54,426 nt of DNA from Patescibacteria group bacterium. Its GTDB lineage: Bacteria; Patescibacteriota; Patescibacteriia; UBA1558; UBA10009. Every line of letters begins with the position of its first letter. Position 1 is the first letter of the stretch. The DNA lies in assembly GCA_041662565.1 (NCBI GenBank), contig JBAZSE010000004.1, positions 73,398-127,823 of the forward strand, given 5' to 3'. The translations under genes and the position numbers were made by a program. Below are positions 32,079 to 41,749 of the stretch, in pieces. A model generated the notes under the pieces. That model worked only from the letters and a program-made list of their open reading frames with translations. It was not told where the DNA came from and did not search any database.

Positions 32079-33848
32079 TCAAGGTTTTTGCATTACTTCA
32101 TAGGCCGGCGGGATTTTTAAATAATTCAACAAAAATTGGGAAATTTCTTTAAACACAGGCACCACCGAGGATTCGGCAAATGCCACGCCTTTAGGATGGT
32201 TTAATTTAACCAACATAACAAATCTAGGATCTTCAATCGGAGCAAAACCGATAAACGAGTGAATGGTTTTATCGGTGGCATATTTTCCGCCTTCTGCCAC
32301 CTGAGCCGTGCCTGTTTTGCCGGCAATATAATAACCGGGAATTTGCGCTCTTTGCGCGTGACCGGATTTAACCACCGAAGCCAACATGGCAGATAAAGTG
32401 GTGGCGGTTTTTTGAGTAATAACCTGCCTTAAAAATTGCGGTTCAAATTTTTCCACCTTACCGCCGGAATGCTTAATTTCATCAACCATAAACGGCTTCA
32501 TTAATTTACCGCCATTGGCAATGGCCGAAAAAGCGCTGATAATTTGCAAAGGCGTAGCCGTAATGCCCTGGCCGTAAGAAGCGGTAAACATAGAAATTTC
32601 ACTTTTTTTGGCCACATCAATGGCTGAAATATTGCCTTCATTCTCCCCTTCCAATTGAATGCCGGTTTTAAGACCAAAACCAAAACGGTCAAAATAATTT
32701 CTAAATAATGACAGCCCAACTTGCTGGGCGGCAAAAATCGCGCCGGTGTTTAATGATTCTTCCAAAACCTGAGTCATATTTTTTATGCCGTGGGCTTTGC
32801 CGTCGCTGTTCTTAATGGTGTAACCGCCAATTTTAATAAATCCTAAATCTTCATAAGTAGTGTTAGGCGTAACCGCACCAACATCCAAGGCGGCAGCCAT
32901 AGTTATGGCTTTAAACATGGAGCCCGGCTCGTAAGGTTCGGAAACGTTATAATTGTTGTAAACGCTGTAATCGGTTACTTCGTTATAATTATTGGGATCA
33001 AAACTGGGGTAACCGCACATAGCTAAAACGGCGCCGGTTTTGGGATCCATAATAATTACCGAACCGTCTTGGGCACCGTGTTTTACCACACCGGTTTTAA
33101 GAGCATTGCAAGCGGTAAATTGAATGGAACGATCAAGGGTTAAAATAATATCCGAACCGTTTTCCTGATCGGCCTTAACTCTTCTGGCTAAAGGAATTAA
33201 GCGGCCAAAAGCATCCCGCTCAAATAAAAACGAACCTTTTTCGCCGGCAAGCTCTTTTTGAAAATAGCCCTCAACGCCGTATTGCCCCACCAAATTATCT
33301 CCTTTATAACCTACAAAACCGGTTATCTGGGCGGTAGTTTCGCCTTCCGGATAAAACCGCACGATTTCTTCTTCAAAATTTACGCCCTCCAAATTTAACG
33401 CCTCAATTTCCTTTTTTTTATCTTCCGGCAGTTTATGCTTAATGGGTTCGTAAATGTCCTCTTCTTTGGATAATCTTTCACCTAAAGTTTTTGCTTCTTC
33501 TTCTGCAAGCCCCAAAACCGGAGTTAATATTTTTACCGTCATTAGCGGATTTTTTACCAAAGACGGCACGGCATACAATAAATAAAATTTTTTATTAATT
33601 GCTACCGGATAAACTTCGTTCTGACCCGATTCATAATCATGAATATAAATGCTTCCTCGGCTGGGATAAAGTTCTTTTTCTACCACATGCTGGTTATCGG
33701 CTACGGCTAAATACTGGGCATGCTGAAAAACCTGCATTACCAGCAAACGAATTATAATCACGCCGGCAATTAAAAAAATGACTATACTTAAGATAGTCAA
33801 TCTGCTTATTGCCAAAAGGCCGGAATTATGGGACTGAAACCTTCTCAT
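32079..33848 (-). CDS. ftsI: class B penicillin-binding protein / peptidoglycan D,D-transpeptidase
   Basis: SMFK (SxxK) and KTGTA motifs. It follows ftsL in the dcw cluster. The track start at 33932 is a TTG inside a repeat element; the ATG at 33848 (MRRFQSHN..) is preferred. Confidence 0.8.
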   Translation of the reverse strand: MRRFQSHNSGLLAISRLTILSIVIFLIAGVIIIRLLVMQVFQHAQYLAVADNQHVVEKELYPSRGSIYIHDYESGQNEVYPVAINKKFYLLYAVPSLVKNPLMTVKILTPVLGLAEEEAKTLGERLSKEEDIYEPIKHKLPEDKKKEIEALNLEGVNFEEEIVRFYPEGETTAQITGFVGYKGDNLVGQYGVEGYFQKELAGEKGSFLFERDAFGRLIPLARRVKADQENGSDIILTLDRSIQFTACNALKTGVVKHGAQDGSVIIMDPKTGAVLAMCGYPSFDPNNYNEVTDYSVYNNYNVSEPYEPGSMFKAITMAAALDVGAVTPNTTYEDLGFIKIGGYTIKNSDGKAHGIKNMTQVLEESLNTGAIFAAQQVGLSLFRNYFDRFGFGLKTGIQLEGENEGNISAIDVAKKSEISMFTASYGQGITATPLQIISAFSAIANGGKLMKPFMVDEIKHSGGKVEKFEPQFLRQVITQKTATTLSAMLASVVKSGHAQRAQIPGYYIAGKTGTAQVAEGGKYATDKTIHSFIGFAPIEDPRFVMLVKLNHPKGVAFAESSVVPVFKEISQFLLNYLKIPPAYEVMQKP

Positions 33849-33973
33849 TATATTACTTACTACAAAATTACTAATCAATACGAATATACAAATCGACAGA
33901 TTAAACTTGCTAATAATGAACCAAAGATTCAACCTTACATTCGTATATTAGTCAATATTTGTAAATTCGTAGA
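33849..33973. repeat. TACGAAT-rich palindromic element, copy C
   Basis: ...caatacgaatatacaaat...acattcgtatattagtcaatatttgtaaattcgtagat, between ftsL and ftsI. Confidence 0.6.
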
Positions 33974-34297
33974 TTAATTACTCAATGCCACTTCACCCGG
34001 GACTGGCAAAATATAATCATAAGTGCCGGCAGTAACCATGGATAATTCGGTGTTACTGATCTGCTCGATTCTGGCCATGGCTTGCAAGCTGGTGGCCAAA
34101 GATTCCAAATCACGGTTGGTATCGCTTAAAGTTTGGATTTGGTATTTCATTTGGCCCATTTTAATGCCTAAAGTGTTAGTATTGTTAACTACCAGCAAAT
34201 AAGCAAAAACACTGCTTAAGCTTAAAAAATATATAACGGTTCTGCTGTTATTTAAAAATTTATGGGAAATTATGGAAGTTTTCTGTTTATTAAACAT
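33974..34297 (-). CDS. ftsL: FtsL-like cell division protein
   Basis: 107 aa with a single TM (VIYFLSLSSVFAYLLVV) followed by a coiled segment. Position is between rsmH and ftsI. Confidence 0.5.
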   Translation of the reverse strand: MFNKQKTSIISHKFLNNSRTVIYFLSLSSVFAYLLVVNNTNTLGIKMGQMKYQIQTLSDTNRDLESLATSLQAMARIEQISNTELSMVTAGTYDYILPVPGEVALSN

Positions 34298-34340
34298 TTT
34301 TGTTTTTGTTGGCTGATTATAAATTATTAATATTGATTTT

Positions 34341-35297
34341 TTACAGCTTCTCTACTGCCCTTAACTTGGCGCTTCGGGCTCTGGGATTTTTTTGCAATTC
34401 TTCGGGCGATGCCGTTACGGATTTTCTGGTTAAAATTTTTATCGCCGGTGTATGATTACAGCAACAAACCGGTAAAATTTTTGGGCAAATACAGCCCCTG
34501 GCTTGTGCTTGAAAAAAATTCTTTACTATCCTATCTTCCAATGAATGAAAACTGATAATAACCAATCTTCCGCCAGTTGGCAAAATTTCCAATAACTTTG
34601 GCAAGGTCTGTTGCAAATTTTCCAATTCATCGTTAACCGCAATCCGCAATGCCTGAAAGACCTTGGTAGCCGGATTGATTTTACCCCGCCCAAAACCGAT
34701 TGCCTGATTGATTATGCCAACCAATTGATCTGTTAATTTTATCCTTTTTTGAATCCGATAATTGATTATTTTTTGAACTATCAATTTTGCCCTTGTTTCT
34801 TCACCGTATTCTTTAAAAATCTGAATTAATTTTTCTGCCGGCCAATCATTTATAATTTCCTCGGCAGTTAGCTCGGTTTGAGGCCCAAAGCGCATATCTA
34901 AAGTTTGAGCGCCTTTAAAAGAAAAGCCCCTTAAATCAGTTTCCGATACTTGAGCTGAGGATAAACCCAGGTCCAATAAAATGCCGCTAAATTGTAAATT
35001 GTTTGCTGTGTCATGATTTGTATTTTTGTTTTTCTGAATGACTTCTGTTAAGTTTGAATAATTTTCCTGAACCAAAATTACGCGCTCTTTAAATTTTTTT
35101 AAATTCTCACTGGCTGCCTTAATCGCCAAAGGATCTCTATCTAAACCGATTAAAATTCCGGCTGGTTTGATTTTTTCCAAAATAGCACCTGCGTGGCCGC
35201 CGCCGCCAACAGTGCCATCTATAAAATTCTGATTAGGCAAAGGATTTAAATAGTCCAAAACTTCATTTAACAAAACCGGTTGATGGAAGTAAGCCAT
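34341..35297 (-). CDS. rsmH: 16S rRNA (cytosine1402-N4)-methyltransferase
   Basis: HQPVLLNEVLDYL, DGTVGGGGHA, LLDLGLSS, SFHSLEDRIVK. Confidence 0.9.
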   Translation of the reverse strand: MAYFHQPVLLNEVLDYLNPLPNQNFIDGTVGGGGHAGAILEKIKPAGILIGLDRDPLAIKAASENLKKFKERVILVQENYSNLTEVIQKNKNTNHDTANNLQFSGILLDLGLSSAQVSETDLRGFSFKGAQTLDMRFGPQTELTAEEIINDWPAEKLIQIFKEYGEETRAKLIVQKIINYRIQKRIKLTDQLVGIINQAIGFGRGKINPATKVFQALRIAVNDELENLQQTLPKLLEILPTGGRLVIISFHSLEDRIVKNFFQAQARGCICPKILPVCCCNHTPAIKILTRKSVTASPEELQKNPRARSAKLRAVEKL

Positions 35298-35311
35298 AAG
35301 GCAAAATTATT

Positions 35312-35743
35312 CTAAACTCCCAGTTCCCCCAGGGCTTCGGCAATATTGCCACTATCTTTTTCTGTTGCTGTTTTATATTTTTCCCAAGATGACTCATCCC
35401 AAATTTCAATTCGGTTATATAAGCCGTTAACTACGGCTTTTTTATTCAGGCCTGCGTACTTTCGCAAATAGTCGGGTAACACAATTCTGCCTTGCTTATC
35501 CAACTCTGCTTCCATGGCACCGGCTAGCATCAAACGGCTAAAAGCCCGGCTGGAACTTTGGCTGATCGGCAATTGCGAAATTTTTTGGGCCAGCTCCTGC
35601 CACGATTGCTTGGTATATAAAAACAAACAGTTTTCCAAACCCTTGGTAACAACTGCCCCCTTTGCCAGCTCGGCTCTGAACTTAGCCGGTACGGCCAATC
35701 GGCCCTTCTCATCTATAGTATGATTGTATTCTCCGATGAACAT
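35312..35743 (-). CDS. mraZ: transcriptional regulator MraZ
   Basis: MFIGEYNHTIDEKGRLAVPAKFR and a second DKQGRIVLP SpoVT-AbrB repeat. The track start at 35785 is a TTG extension. Confidence 0.9.
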   Translation of the reverse strand: MFIGEYNHTIDEKGRLAVPAKFRAELAKGAVVTKGLENCLFLYTKQSWQELAQKISQLPISQSSSRAFSRLMLAGAMEAELDKQGRIVLPDYLRKYAGLNKKAVVNGLYNRIEIWDESSWEKYKTATEKDSGNIAEALGELGV

Positions 35744-35909
35744 GGCGGATAAAACTTTTAGACAATTAAACCCTGGACCTCGCAAGATTCACTTGAGGTT
35801 CAGAGTAGACCCTTTTAGGCGAGCCCCATAGTAGATGGGGCAAAATATGATAGATTAGCGGAATTTGGATTTAAGCCAATTTAGTTTATCCCCCATTTTC
35901 TGGCTTATC

Positions 35910-35934
35910 CCCACATTTATCCACTTTCTACCAC
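35910..35934 (-). promoter_or_regulatory. MraZ operator: three GTGGN boxes in exact 10-bp phase
   Basis: Minus strand: GTGGTagaaaGTGGAtaaatGTGGG (boxes at 35934-35930, 35924-35920, 35914-35910), just downstream of the promoter -10. Confidence 0.6.
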
Positions 35935-35943
35935 TGCAATGAT

Positions 35944-35972
35944 ATTATAAACCACTCCTCCACAAATTGCAA
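35944..35972 (-). promoter_or_regulatory. dcw/mraZ promoter TTGCAA-N17-TATAAT
   Basis: Minus strand: ttgcaa-tttgtggaggagtggtt-tataat. Confidence 0.55.
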
Positions 35973-36046
35973 CAACTTACCAACTGTGGATAATTTTTTT
36001 ACAACAAAAAAATGGCCAATATTAGAGCCATTTTTAAATTTATCTA

Positions 36047-36667
36047 TTAATTAAAAATCCTCTGCAGTTCTGATAAATCATGAAATAAAAAATCCGGCTT
36101 GGCTGCTAACAACTTATCTTCGGTATCAATTCCCCAAGTTACCGCGCCGGTTAAAATACCCGCCTTTTTGCCTGCTTCAATTTCATGAACAGTATCGCCA
36201 ATAAAAATTGTTTTGGCAAAATCCAAGTTGTCGCTAGCAACCAGTTTAATAACACTCTCCGTTTTATCATGAACACCGGCAACCAAGTGTTTAAAAATTT
36301 TATCCAACTCAAACGCTTGCAATTCTTGTCTGATATATTTTTCCGCATCGGAACTGACGATAATCAGATCCTTACCTTGAACAAATAATTTTTTTAAAAA
36401 ATCAGCTATGCCGGGATAAAGTTTAACCGGATGTTCCGTTATAACTTCTTGATAAACCTTCTTATAAACAATTACTTCTTCTTCAAAAGATACATCTGGC
36501 AAATACTTATTATAAAACAGCATAAATGGCTGGATCCAATTACGCCTGAATTCTTCATAACTAATAGTGGGTCCTTTAAAATGCTCAAAAATCTTAACAA
36601 CCGTTTGGTAAGTAGTTTCACGATTGTCATTGATCACGCCGGAATAATCAAAAATTATAGTTTTCAT
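36047..36667 (-). CDS. HAD-superfamily hydrolase
   Basis: IIFDYSGVI (motif I variant), IVSSD, FIGDTVHEIEAGKKAG. Confidence 0.65.
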   Translation of the reverse strand: MKTIIFDYSGVINDNRETTYQTVVKIFEHFKGPTISYEEFRRNWIQPFMLFYNKYLPDVSFEEEVIVYKKVYQEVITEHPVKLYPGIADFLKKLFVQGKDLIIVSSDAEKYIRQELQAFELDKIFKHLVAGVHDKTESVIKLVASDNLDFAKTIFIGDTVHEIEAGKKAGILTGAVTWGIDTEDKLLAAKPDFLFHDLSELQRIFN

Positions 36668-36668
36668 G

Positions 36669-37445
36669 CTAGCGTGGTAAAATTTTTATTACTTGTTGGT
36701 GCAAAGAAGTATTATTTGAAGCAACAAATGAATTGATTCGATCATTTTTTAACTGTCTACCGTGCAAATCGGTTAACTTGCCACCGGCCTCCCTAATTAA
36801 CAGCTTGCCGGGCAAATTATCATACAAATCATTATCAAAATTAATAAAAGCATCAATTTGTCCGCTCGCCATTAAGCACATTTCCCAGGCAGGCGACCAA
36901 GTGTTTAACAAACGAGAAATATTTGCATTAGCCAAACGGCTCATCATTTTTCTGGCAACTTTTTTAGGCGTGCGCCAGGCCCACGAAGAACCAATCATGG
37001 CCTGGCCGAGCTTTGTGGTTTTACTAACAAAAACCCTGCGCCCGTTAGCATAAGTGCCTTTATTTTTAAAAGCCCAATAGGTTTGCTTATTTAAAGGATT
37101 ATGGGTTACGGCAAAAATCGCTTCATCCCCTTTTAGCAAAGCCAGATTAATGCCAAAAAAACAAAGTTGGCGATAAAAATTAATCGTGCCATCAAGCGGG
37201 TCTAAAACAAAAGTGTATTCGGATCGGTTATCAATAAAGCCGGCTTCTTCGGATAAAATATTATAGGTAGGAAAATTTTTTTTAATAAACTTTAAAATAT
37301 TGGCTTCGGAAGCCAAATCCGCCTTGGTCACAAAATCAATGGCAGATGATTTAACTTTGGTTAAAACATTTTTGCCATAAAAACCCATAATCAATTGTCC
37401 GCTTTTTTCTACGGTTTTGATCAAATTTTTAAATTTAATATCCAT
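36669..37445 (-). CDS. inositol monophosphatase family protein
   Basis: ILSEE ... VLDPLDGTINF ... WEMCLMASGQIDAF. Confidence 0.8.
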   Translation of the reverse strand: MDIKFKNLIKTVEKSGQLIMGFYGKNVLTKVKSSAIDFVTKADLASEANILKFIKKNFPTYNILSEEAGFIDNRSEYTFVLDPLDGTINFYRQLCFFGINLALLKGDEAIFAVTHNPLNKQTYWAFKNKGTYANGRRVFVSKTTKLGQAMIGSSWAWRTPKKVARKMMSRLANANISRLLNTWSPAWEMCLMASGQIDAFINFDNDLYDNLPGKLLIREAGGKLTDLHGRQLKNDRINSFVASNNTSLHQQVIKILPR

Positions 37446-37456
37446 ACTATTATTCG

Positions 37457-37885
37457 TTATTCATTATTTTTAATTCCGGTTATATTCGGCTCTTTGCCGT
37501 AATTAGCTACAATAGGAATAAATGTTTTAGCTTTAAGTTTTAAGTTTTTAGTTTTTTCTTCCAAAATCTTTATCAATTTTTGATCATCAAAAGCCTCATC
37601 TATACTAACTTCAATCACCGGAATACTTAAGCTCCAAGCCAGCGCATTAGCCGTGGTAATGCCAAACCTTAAAGCGCTAAATGCTCCTGGGCCGGAAACT
37701 ACCGCGACTTTATCCAAATCTTTAACCTTTATGCTTTGATCTTTAAGCAATTTATCAATTATCCCTAAAAGCAACTCCGATTGCTTGTATTCTTCCTTGC
37801 TTTCCAAACTGCCAACAATTTTTCCGCCATCAATCAGCTTGACCTGAATCAAATCTGTTTGCAATGTATTAATGAATAAAATCAT
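37457..37885 (-). CDS. tsaB: tRNA t6A37 biosynthesis protein TsaB (short form)
   Basis: VAVVSGPGAFSALRFGITTANALAWSLSIPV. Only 142 aa. Confidence 0.65.
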   Translation of the reverse strand: MILFINTLQTDLIQVKLIDGGKIVGSLESKEEYKQSELLLGIIDKLLKDQSIKVKDLDKVAVVSGPGAFSALRFGITTANALAWSLSIPVIEVSIDEAFDDQKLIKILEEKTKNLKLKAKTFIPIVANYGKEPNITGIKNNE

Positions 37886-38799
37886 AATGATTGCTTTTGG
37901 ATGACTTCCTTATTAATTGCCGAAACTCTGTAAATAGCATAACCCAAAATAATTGCGCCCAACCATTGGATCCAGCTAAGCGCATGGCCGCGGATAATAT
38001 ATTCCAAAATAATGGCGGTTAAAGGAAAGGCCAGTTCACAAATGGTGGCCACCGAAGCTGTTACTCGTTTTAAACCCCAATAATAAATAAAAATGGCCGT
38101 ACCGCCGGTAGTTAAAGCGGTAATCAAAAAAATCAGCCATTGAAATGAACTCACGTTGCCAAGTTGAGCCAAATCACCGGTAGTTAAAACAATCAACAAC
38201 ATTAAAATCGAAGTCAATCCGAATCTTAAATATGTACCCACTCGATAACCAACATTTTGCAGGCCTCGTTTACCAAAAACGGTAGATGAGCCAAAAGCAA
38301 AAGCAGCCAGCAAAGAAAACAAGGCCGCGGCAATGGTTTTTTCTCCGGTATTAAGGTTAGGCAGATTTAATCCAAAGGTAACCAAATAACTGCCACTTAA
38401 AGCCAGAACGGTCCACAAAAAAAATCTTTTTGGCAATCGTTCTTTTAAAATCAGCCAAGCTAGTAAGATAGCAAACACCGGCTGCAGTTTTTGTAATAAG
38501 ATAACAATGGAAAGATTAACAAAGTTGACGTAAAACAAAGCTTTAACAATGGCCATAGTGCCAACTGCTCCGCCAAAAATAGCGATCCAAATAAAAGCGC
38601 CCCAGTCGCCTTTTTTCATTTGCCTGATTTCGTTTAATTCTTTGATAAACATTGGCAGCATTAAAATAAAAGCTAGAGCGTGCAATAAAAAAACTACTAA
38701 AGGTACAGGTAAAGAAAATAATTGCGGAGTTAAAACAATGCCGTCTACTCCCCAGAGGACGGCGGCAATAACAATAAACAACGGTGCGAACTTTTTCAT
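37882..38799 (-). CDS. EamA/DMT-family transporter
   Basis: About 10 TM segments in two EamA-like halves. 4-nt overlap with tsaB. Confidence 0.7.
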   Translation of the reverse strand: MKKFAPLFIVIAAVLWGVDGIVLTPQLFSLPVPLVVFLLHALAFILMLPMFIKELNEIRQMKKGDWGAFIWIAIFGGAVGTMAIVKALFYVNFVNLSIVILLQKLQPVFAILLAWLILKERLPKRFFLWTVLALSGSYLVTFGLNLPNLNTGEKTIAAALFSLLAAFAFGSSTVFGKRGLQNVGYRVGTYLRFGLTSILMLLIVLTTGDLAQLGNVSSFQWLIFLITALTTGGTAIFIYYWGLKRVTASVATICELAFPLTAIILEYIIRGHALSWIQWLGAIILGYAIYRVSAINKEVIQKQSL

Positions 38800-38806
38800 A
38801 AAATTA

Positions 38807-39370
38807 TTAATTAGTGTTTAACCTATTAACCAGCTCTATTTTAGGACTGTTTAAAACAGTGTATAAAAATTTATCGGTCATTTCTTTTCTTAAATTAAAT
38901 TCCTTGGTTGTTAAATATGTATAGCGGACCGATAAGCGATAGGCCTTTTCTAGCTCTTTAACGAATTTTTGCAATTGTTCCGCCGGCACGGTACCAACCA
39001 GTAAAACATCGGTAGGTAACGTTGGTTCGCCTACAAGCTGGCCGGTTAACACCAAATACTTAAGTCCATCAAGCTTGTTAACTTTGGCGGAAATCAAACG
39101 CTGGGCCAAAAGCTTGGATTTTTCAATTAAAGTTTTTAGTTCCGAAAATAAGACAAAGCCCTTATCGGCCTGGTAATATTTTTTTTGGCTTTCTTCTTTG
39201 GAAGTGATTAAGCCAAACTTGGTTAAATTATCCAATTCCCGCCTAACCGAGTTGATCCTTTCATTTATCGCCCGGGTGATTTCACGGACAAAAAAACGCG
39301 TTTCGGGATTTTCCAAAAATAAATATAAAAGCTTGGTTCTGGTTTGCGAACCGAACAACTGTTCTAACAT
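38807..39370 (-). CDS. winged-helix transcriptional regulator with a C-terminal uncharacterised domain
   Basis: LFGSQTRTKLLYLFLENPETRFFVREITRAINERINSVRRELDNLTKFGLI. Confidence 0.55.
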   Translation of the reverse strand: MLEQLFGSQTRTKLLYLFLENPETRFFVREITRAINERINSVRRELDNLTKFGLITSKEESQKKYYQADKGFVLFSELKTLIEKSKLLAQRLISAKVNKLDGLKYLVLTGQLVGEPTLPTDVLLVGTVPAEQLQKFVKELEKAYRLSVRYTYLTTKEFNLRKEMTDKFLYTVLNSPKIELVNRLNTN

Positions 39371-39452
39371 AAAAGCAGCTTTTTAAAAAGCTTTATTTAT
39401 AGTATAATCATTTGGAAGGATTCTGGCAACATCAGCAACCAATCCCAAACCC

Positions 39453-41654
39453 ATGGCCCATAAAATTGCTCAACTTTCCATTCACGATCTTAGACACGCC
39501 CATACTACGGGCGAAATTTTTGTCCAACCGGATCCCGGAGGTCAAAATTTGGGTGTGCTGCTTATTTTGCTGGAATTGGCCACCAATACCCCGGCCGACC
39601 AGGAATTGATGCGGCTTTTTTTGGAAATCGCCTACAATGCCTACGAGCAATCCCAGCTACACCAGCCGGAAAAAAAATTGGAAAATATTTTAGCCGCCTT
39701 AAACCAAGAGCTGCCCGCCCAAGCCGCAATTATCAACAAAACTCCGGCTTGGAAAAGCGGCAAAACCAAACTGCCCATTGGCATAAATTGCTTTGTGGGT
39801 TTAGCCGAAGATAACAATCTTTACTTTTCAACCTACGGAAAAATTTTTGCTTATTTAATCCGTCCCACTTTAATAAAAAAAATTAATGAACCAACGGCCG
39901 AAGCAAACGGCCAAAACATGTTTGATTTTACCTTAAACGGAGCTCTTCAGCCGGATGATCGTCTTTTAATTGCCAGCCAAAGCGTTTTGGATTATTTATC
40001 CTTGGAAAAAATAAAAAAAATAATTTCCACCCTGCCGCCCCAAAGCTCCAGCGCCCACATGACCAATATTTTGGAAGCCGCTCCAAAATCAGCTTCTTTT
40101 TTTGCTTTAATTTTGCAAACCGTAGCGGCCGAAAAATCGTCTTTAGAAGCAAAAACCATTCCACTTAAAACTGCCAATGTTACGGGCTCCAAAAAATCCA
40201 TTGATCAAATGCTTTTAACTCAGGCCGAAACAGAAAAAATCCTAACTCCCCCTTCCTTTTGGCAAAGCATCAAGGATAAAATAACGGAACAATTGGCCGA
40301 ACGCAAAAAAAATTCTGTCCGCACTAAAAACGGTCAAACCATTTTAAACAATCCTGCTCTGGAAAAAATAAACCAACCTGACAGGCCGTATTTTTCAACT
40401 TTAATTAAAACTTCCGGTTTAAAAAAATTTACCACATCCCTTAAACCTTTACTTAAAATCTGGCTGATTCTATTAGATCCTCAAGAACGTCAGCAAGCAG
40501 GCAGCAGATTGGCTAAAAAGGCAGGAAGCGTTATTAATTATTTTAACCGCTTATCTAAAAACCAAAAAATTGCTATTGTCAGCGTTATTGTTCTAACAAT
40601 GTTTTTTTCGGAAAGTTTGATTTGGCAAACGCATAGAACCGAAAAAAACAAACAAGAACAATTTTATCAAACCACCGTTGCTCAAATTAACGGCAAAAAA
40701 AATGATTTGGAAGCCGCGCTGATTTACAAAGATGCCCAAAGAACCAAAGAAATTTTAGCCGAAATTTTAAATCTGGCAAATTCTTTGCCTTTAAATAATC
40801 CTGTTCATTTGAGCGAAACGCAAAAAATAAAAAGCGAGGCCAATGCGTTGATGGCCAAAGTTTGGAAAATAACCGAGATCCCCGAACCATTAAGCTTGAT
40901 TAATCTGCGGGAAATAAATTTAACCGCCGAAATGAAAAGCTTGAATTTTAAAGACGATTATTTGTTTGCTTTTGGCAATCAAAACCAAATCATTGCCGTT
41001 AACGTTAACACCAGCAAGCCCTTGATTTTGGATAATTTGACTTTAGCGGTAAATAAAAGCGCTTTATTCCCCAAAATAAAAAATTTAATTTTAAGCACAC
41101 AGGATAACAAATTTTTTACCTTGGAAAATAACCAAATCATCCCCTTAATTGCCCAATTACCAGTTGGTTTAACACAAATCGATGATTTGACTTTTTACCT
41201 TGATAAAATGTATCTGCTGGACAGGCAAGCCAAGCAAATTTTCCGCCTCACTTACTCGGGCGGCGAATTTAAAAATCCGGTTAGCTGGCTAAAAGAAAGT
41301 TTGCCGGTGGAACAAATTACCTCTTTAGCCGTGGATGGGGTTATTTACGCCATGCAAGATAATGGGCAGATTTTAAAACTGGCCTCTGGCAAAAAAGAAG
41401 GCGAAATCAAACCTATTTTAGAACCGGAACTTAATAAACCCGCAAAAATTTATACCGACGAAAATAGCCAATACCTATACATTTTAGACCAGGCCAATAA
41501 ACGGCTGGTAGTTTTGGATAAACAAGGTGAAGTTATTGCTCAGTATCATTCCGAAAAATTCAGCAATTTAAAAGATTTGATTGTTAGGGAAAAAGACAAA
41601 AAGGCCTACTTACTGAATGATTCGCAAATTTACGTTATTGCCCTGCAGCCATAA
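39453..41654 (+). CDS. large membrane protein: N-terminal cytoplasmic domain, one TM, C-terminal beta-propeller-like repeats
   Basis: 733 aa. TM IAIVSVIVLTMFFSESLIW. The C-terminal half has recurring blade-like strings (MYLLDRQAKQIFRL, IYAMQDNGQILKL, LYILDQANKRLVVLDKQGEVI, AYLLNDSQIYVIAL). Confidence 0.55.
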   Translation: MAHKIAQLSIHDLRHAHTTGEIFVQPDPGGQNLGVLLILLELATNTPADQELMRLFLEIAYNAYEQSQLHQPEKKLENILAALNQELPAQAAIINKTPAWKSGKTKLPIGINCFVGLAEDNNLYFSTYGKIFAYLIRPTLIKKINEPTAEANGQNMFDFTLNGALQPDDRLLIASQSVLDYLSLEKIKKIISTLPPQSSSAHMTNILEAAPKSASFFALILQTVAAEKSSLEAKTIPLKTANVTGSKKSIDQMLLTQAETEKILTPPSFWQSIKDKITEQLAERKKNSVRTKNGQTILNNPALEKINQPDRPYFSTLIKTSGLKKFTTSLKPLLKIWLILLDPQERQQAGSRLAKKAGSVINYFNRLSKNQKIAIVSVIVLTMFFSESLIWQTHRTEKNKQEQFYQTTVAQINGKKNDLEAALIYKDAQRTKEILAEILNLANSLPLNNPVHLSETQKIKSEANALMAKVWKITEIPEPLSLINLREINLTAEMKSLNFKDDYLFAFGNQNQIIAVNVNTSKPLILDNLTLAVNKSALFPKIKNLILSTQDNKFFTLENNQIIPLIAQLPVGLTQIDDLTFYLDKMYLLDRQAKQIFRLTYSGGEFKNPVSWLKESLPVEQITSLAVDGVIYAMQDNGQILKLASGKKEGEIKPILEPELNKPAKIYTDENSQYLYILDQANKRLVVLDKQGEVIAQYHSEKFSNLKDLIVREKDKKAYLLNDSQIYVIALQP

Positions 41655-41671
41655 ACTTTTTTTATAAAACA

Positions 41672-41706
41672 AAAACCCAACTCTTATAGAAAGGGCTGGG
41701 TTTTTT
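41672..41706. terminator. bidirectional intrinsic terminator between the 733-aa gene and rplL
   Basis: aaaaacccaactc-ttatagaaa-gggctgggtttttt; A-run and T-run on either side. Confidence 0.65.
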
Positions 41707-41749
41707 AATTTTATTTCAAGTTTATCCTTAAAAAGTAACGAGGAAGATT

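Noticed and set aside
33849-33932. N-terminal extensions from TTG or upstream starts: ftsI to 33932, mraZ to 35785, uppS to 29777, DUF2207 to 44771, DUF262 to 3466, GT2 to 29033
   Set aside because: The extensions run through repeat elements, operators or neighbouring stops and add non-homologous residues. Canonical family N-termini (MFIGEY, MTKPILEHLAIIMDGNRRW, MNQPLISFIIP, etc.) begin at internal ATGs.
35786-35880. Possible SRP/6S/RNase P-type RNA in the mraZ 5' region and other long spacers
   Set aside because: No conserved core motifs of these RNAs were found by eye: no GGAA-containing SRP domain IV, no RNase P GGAAAGTCCGG/ACAGAA boxes, and no tmRNA 5' end. Only a simple hairpin (gcccca-tctacta-tggggc) is present.
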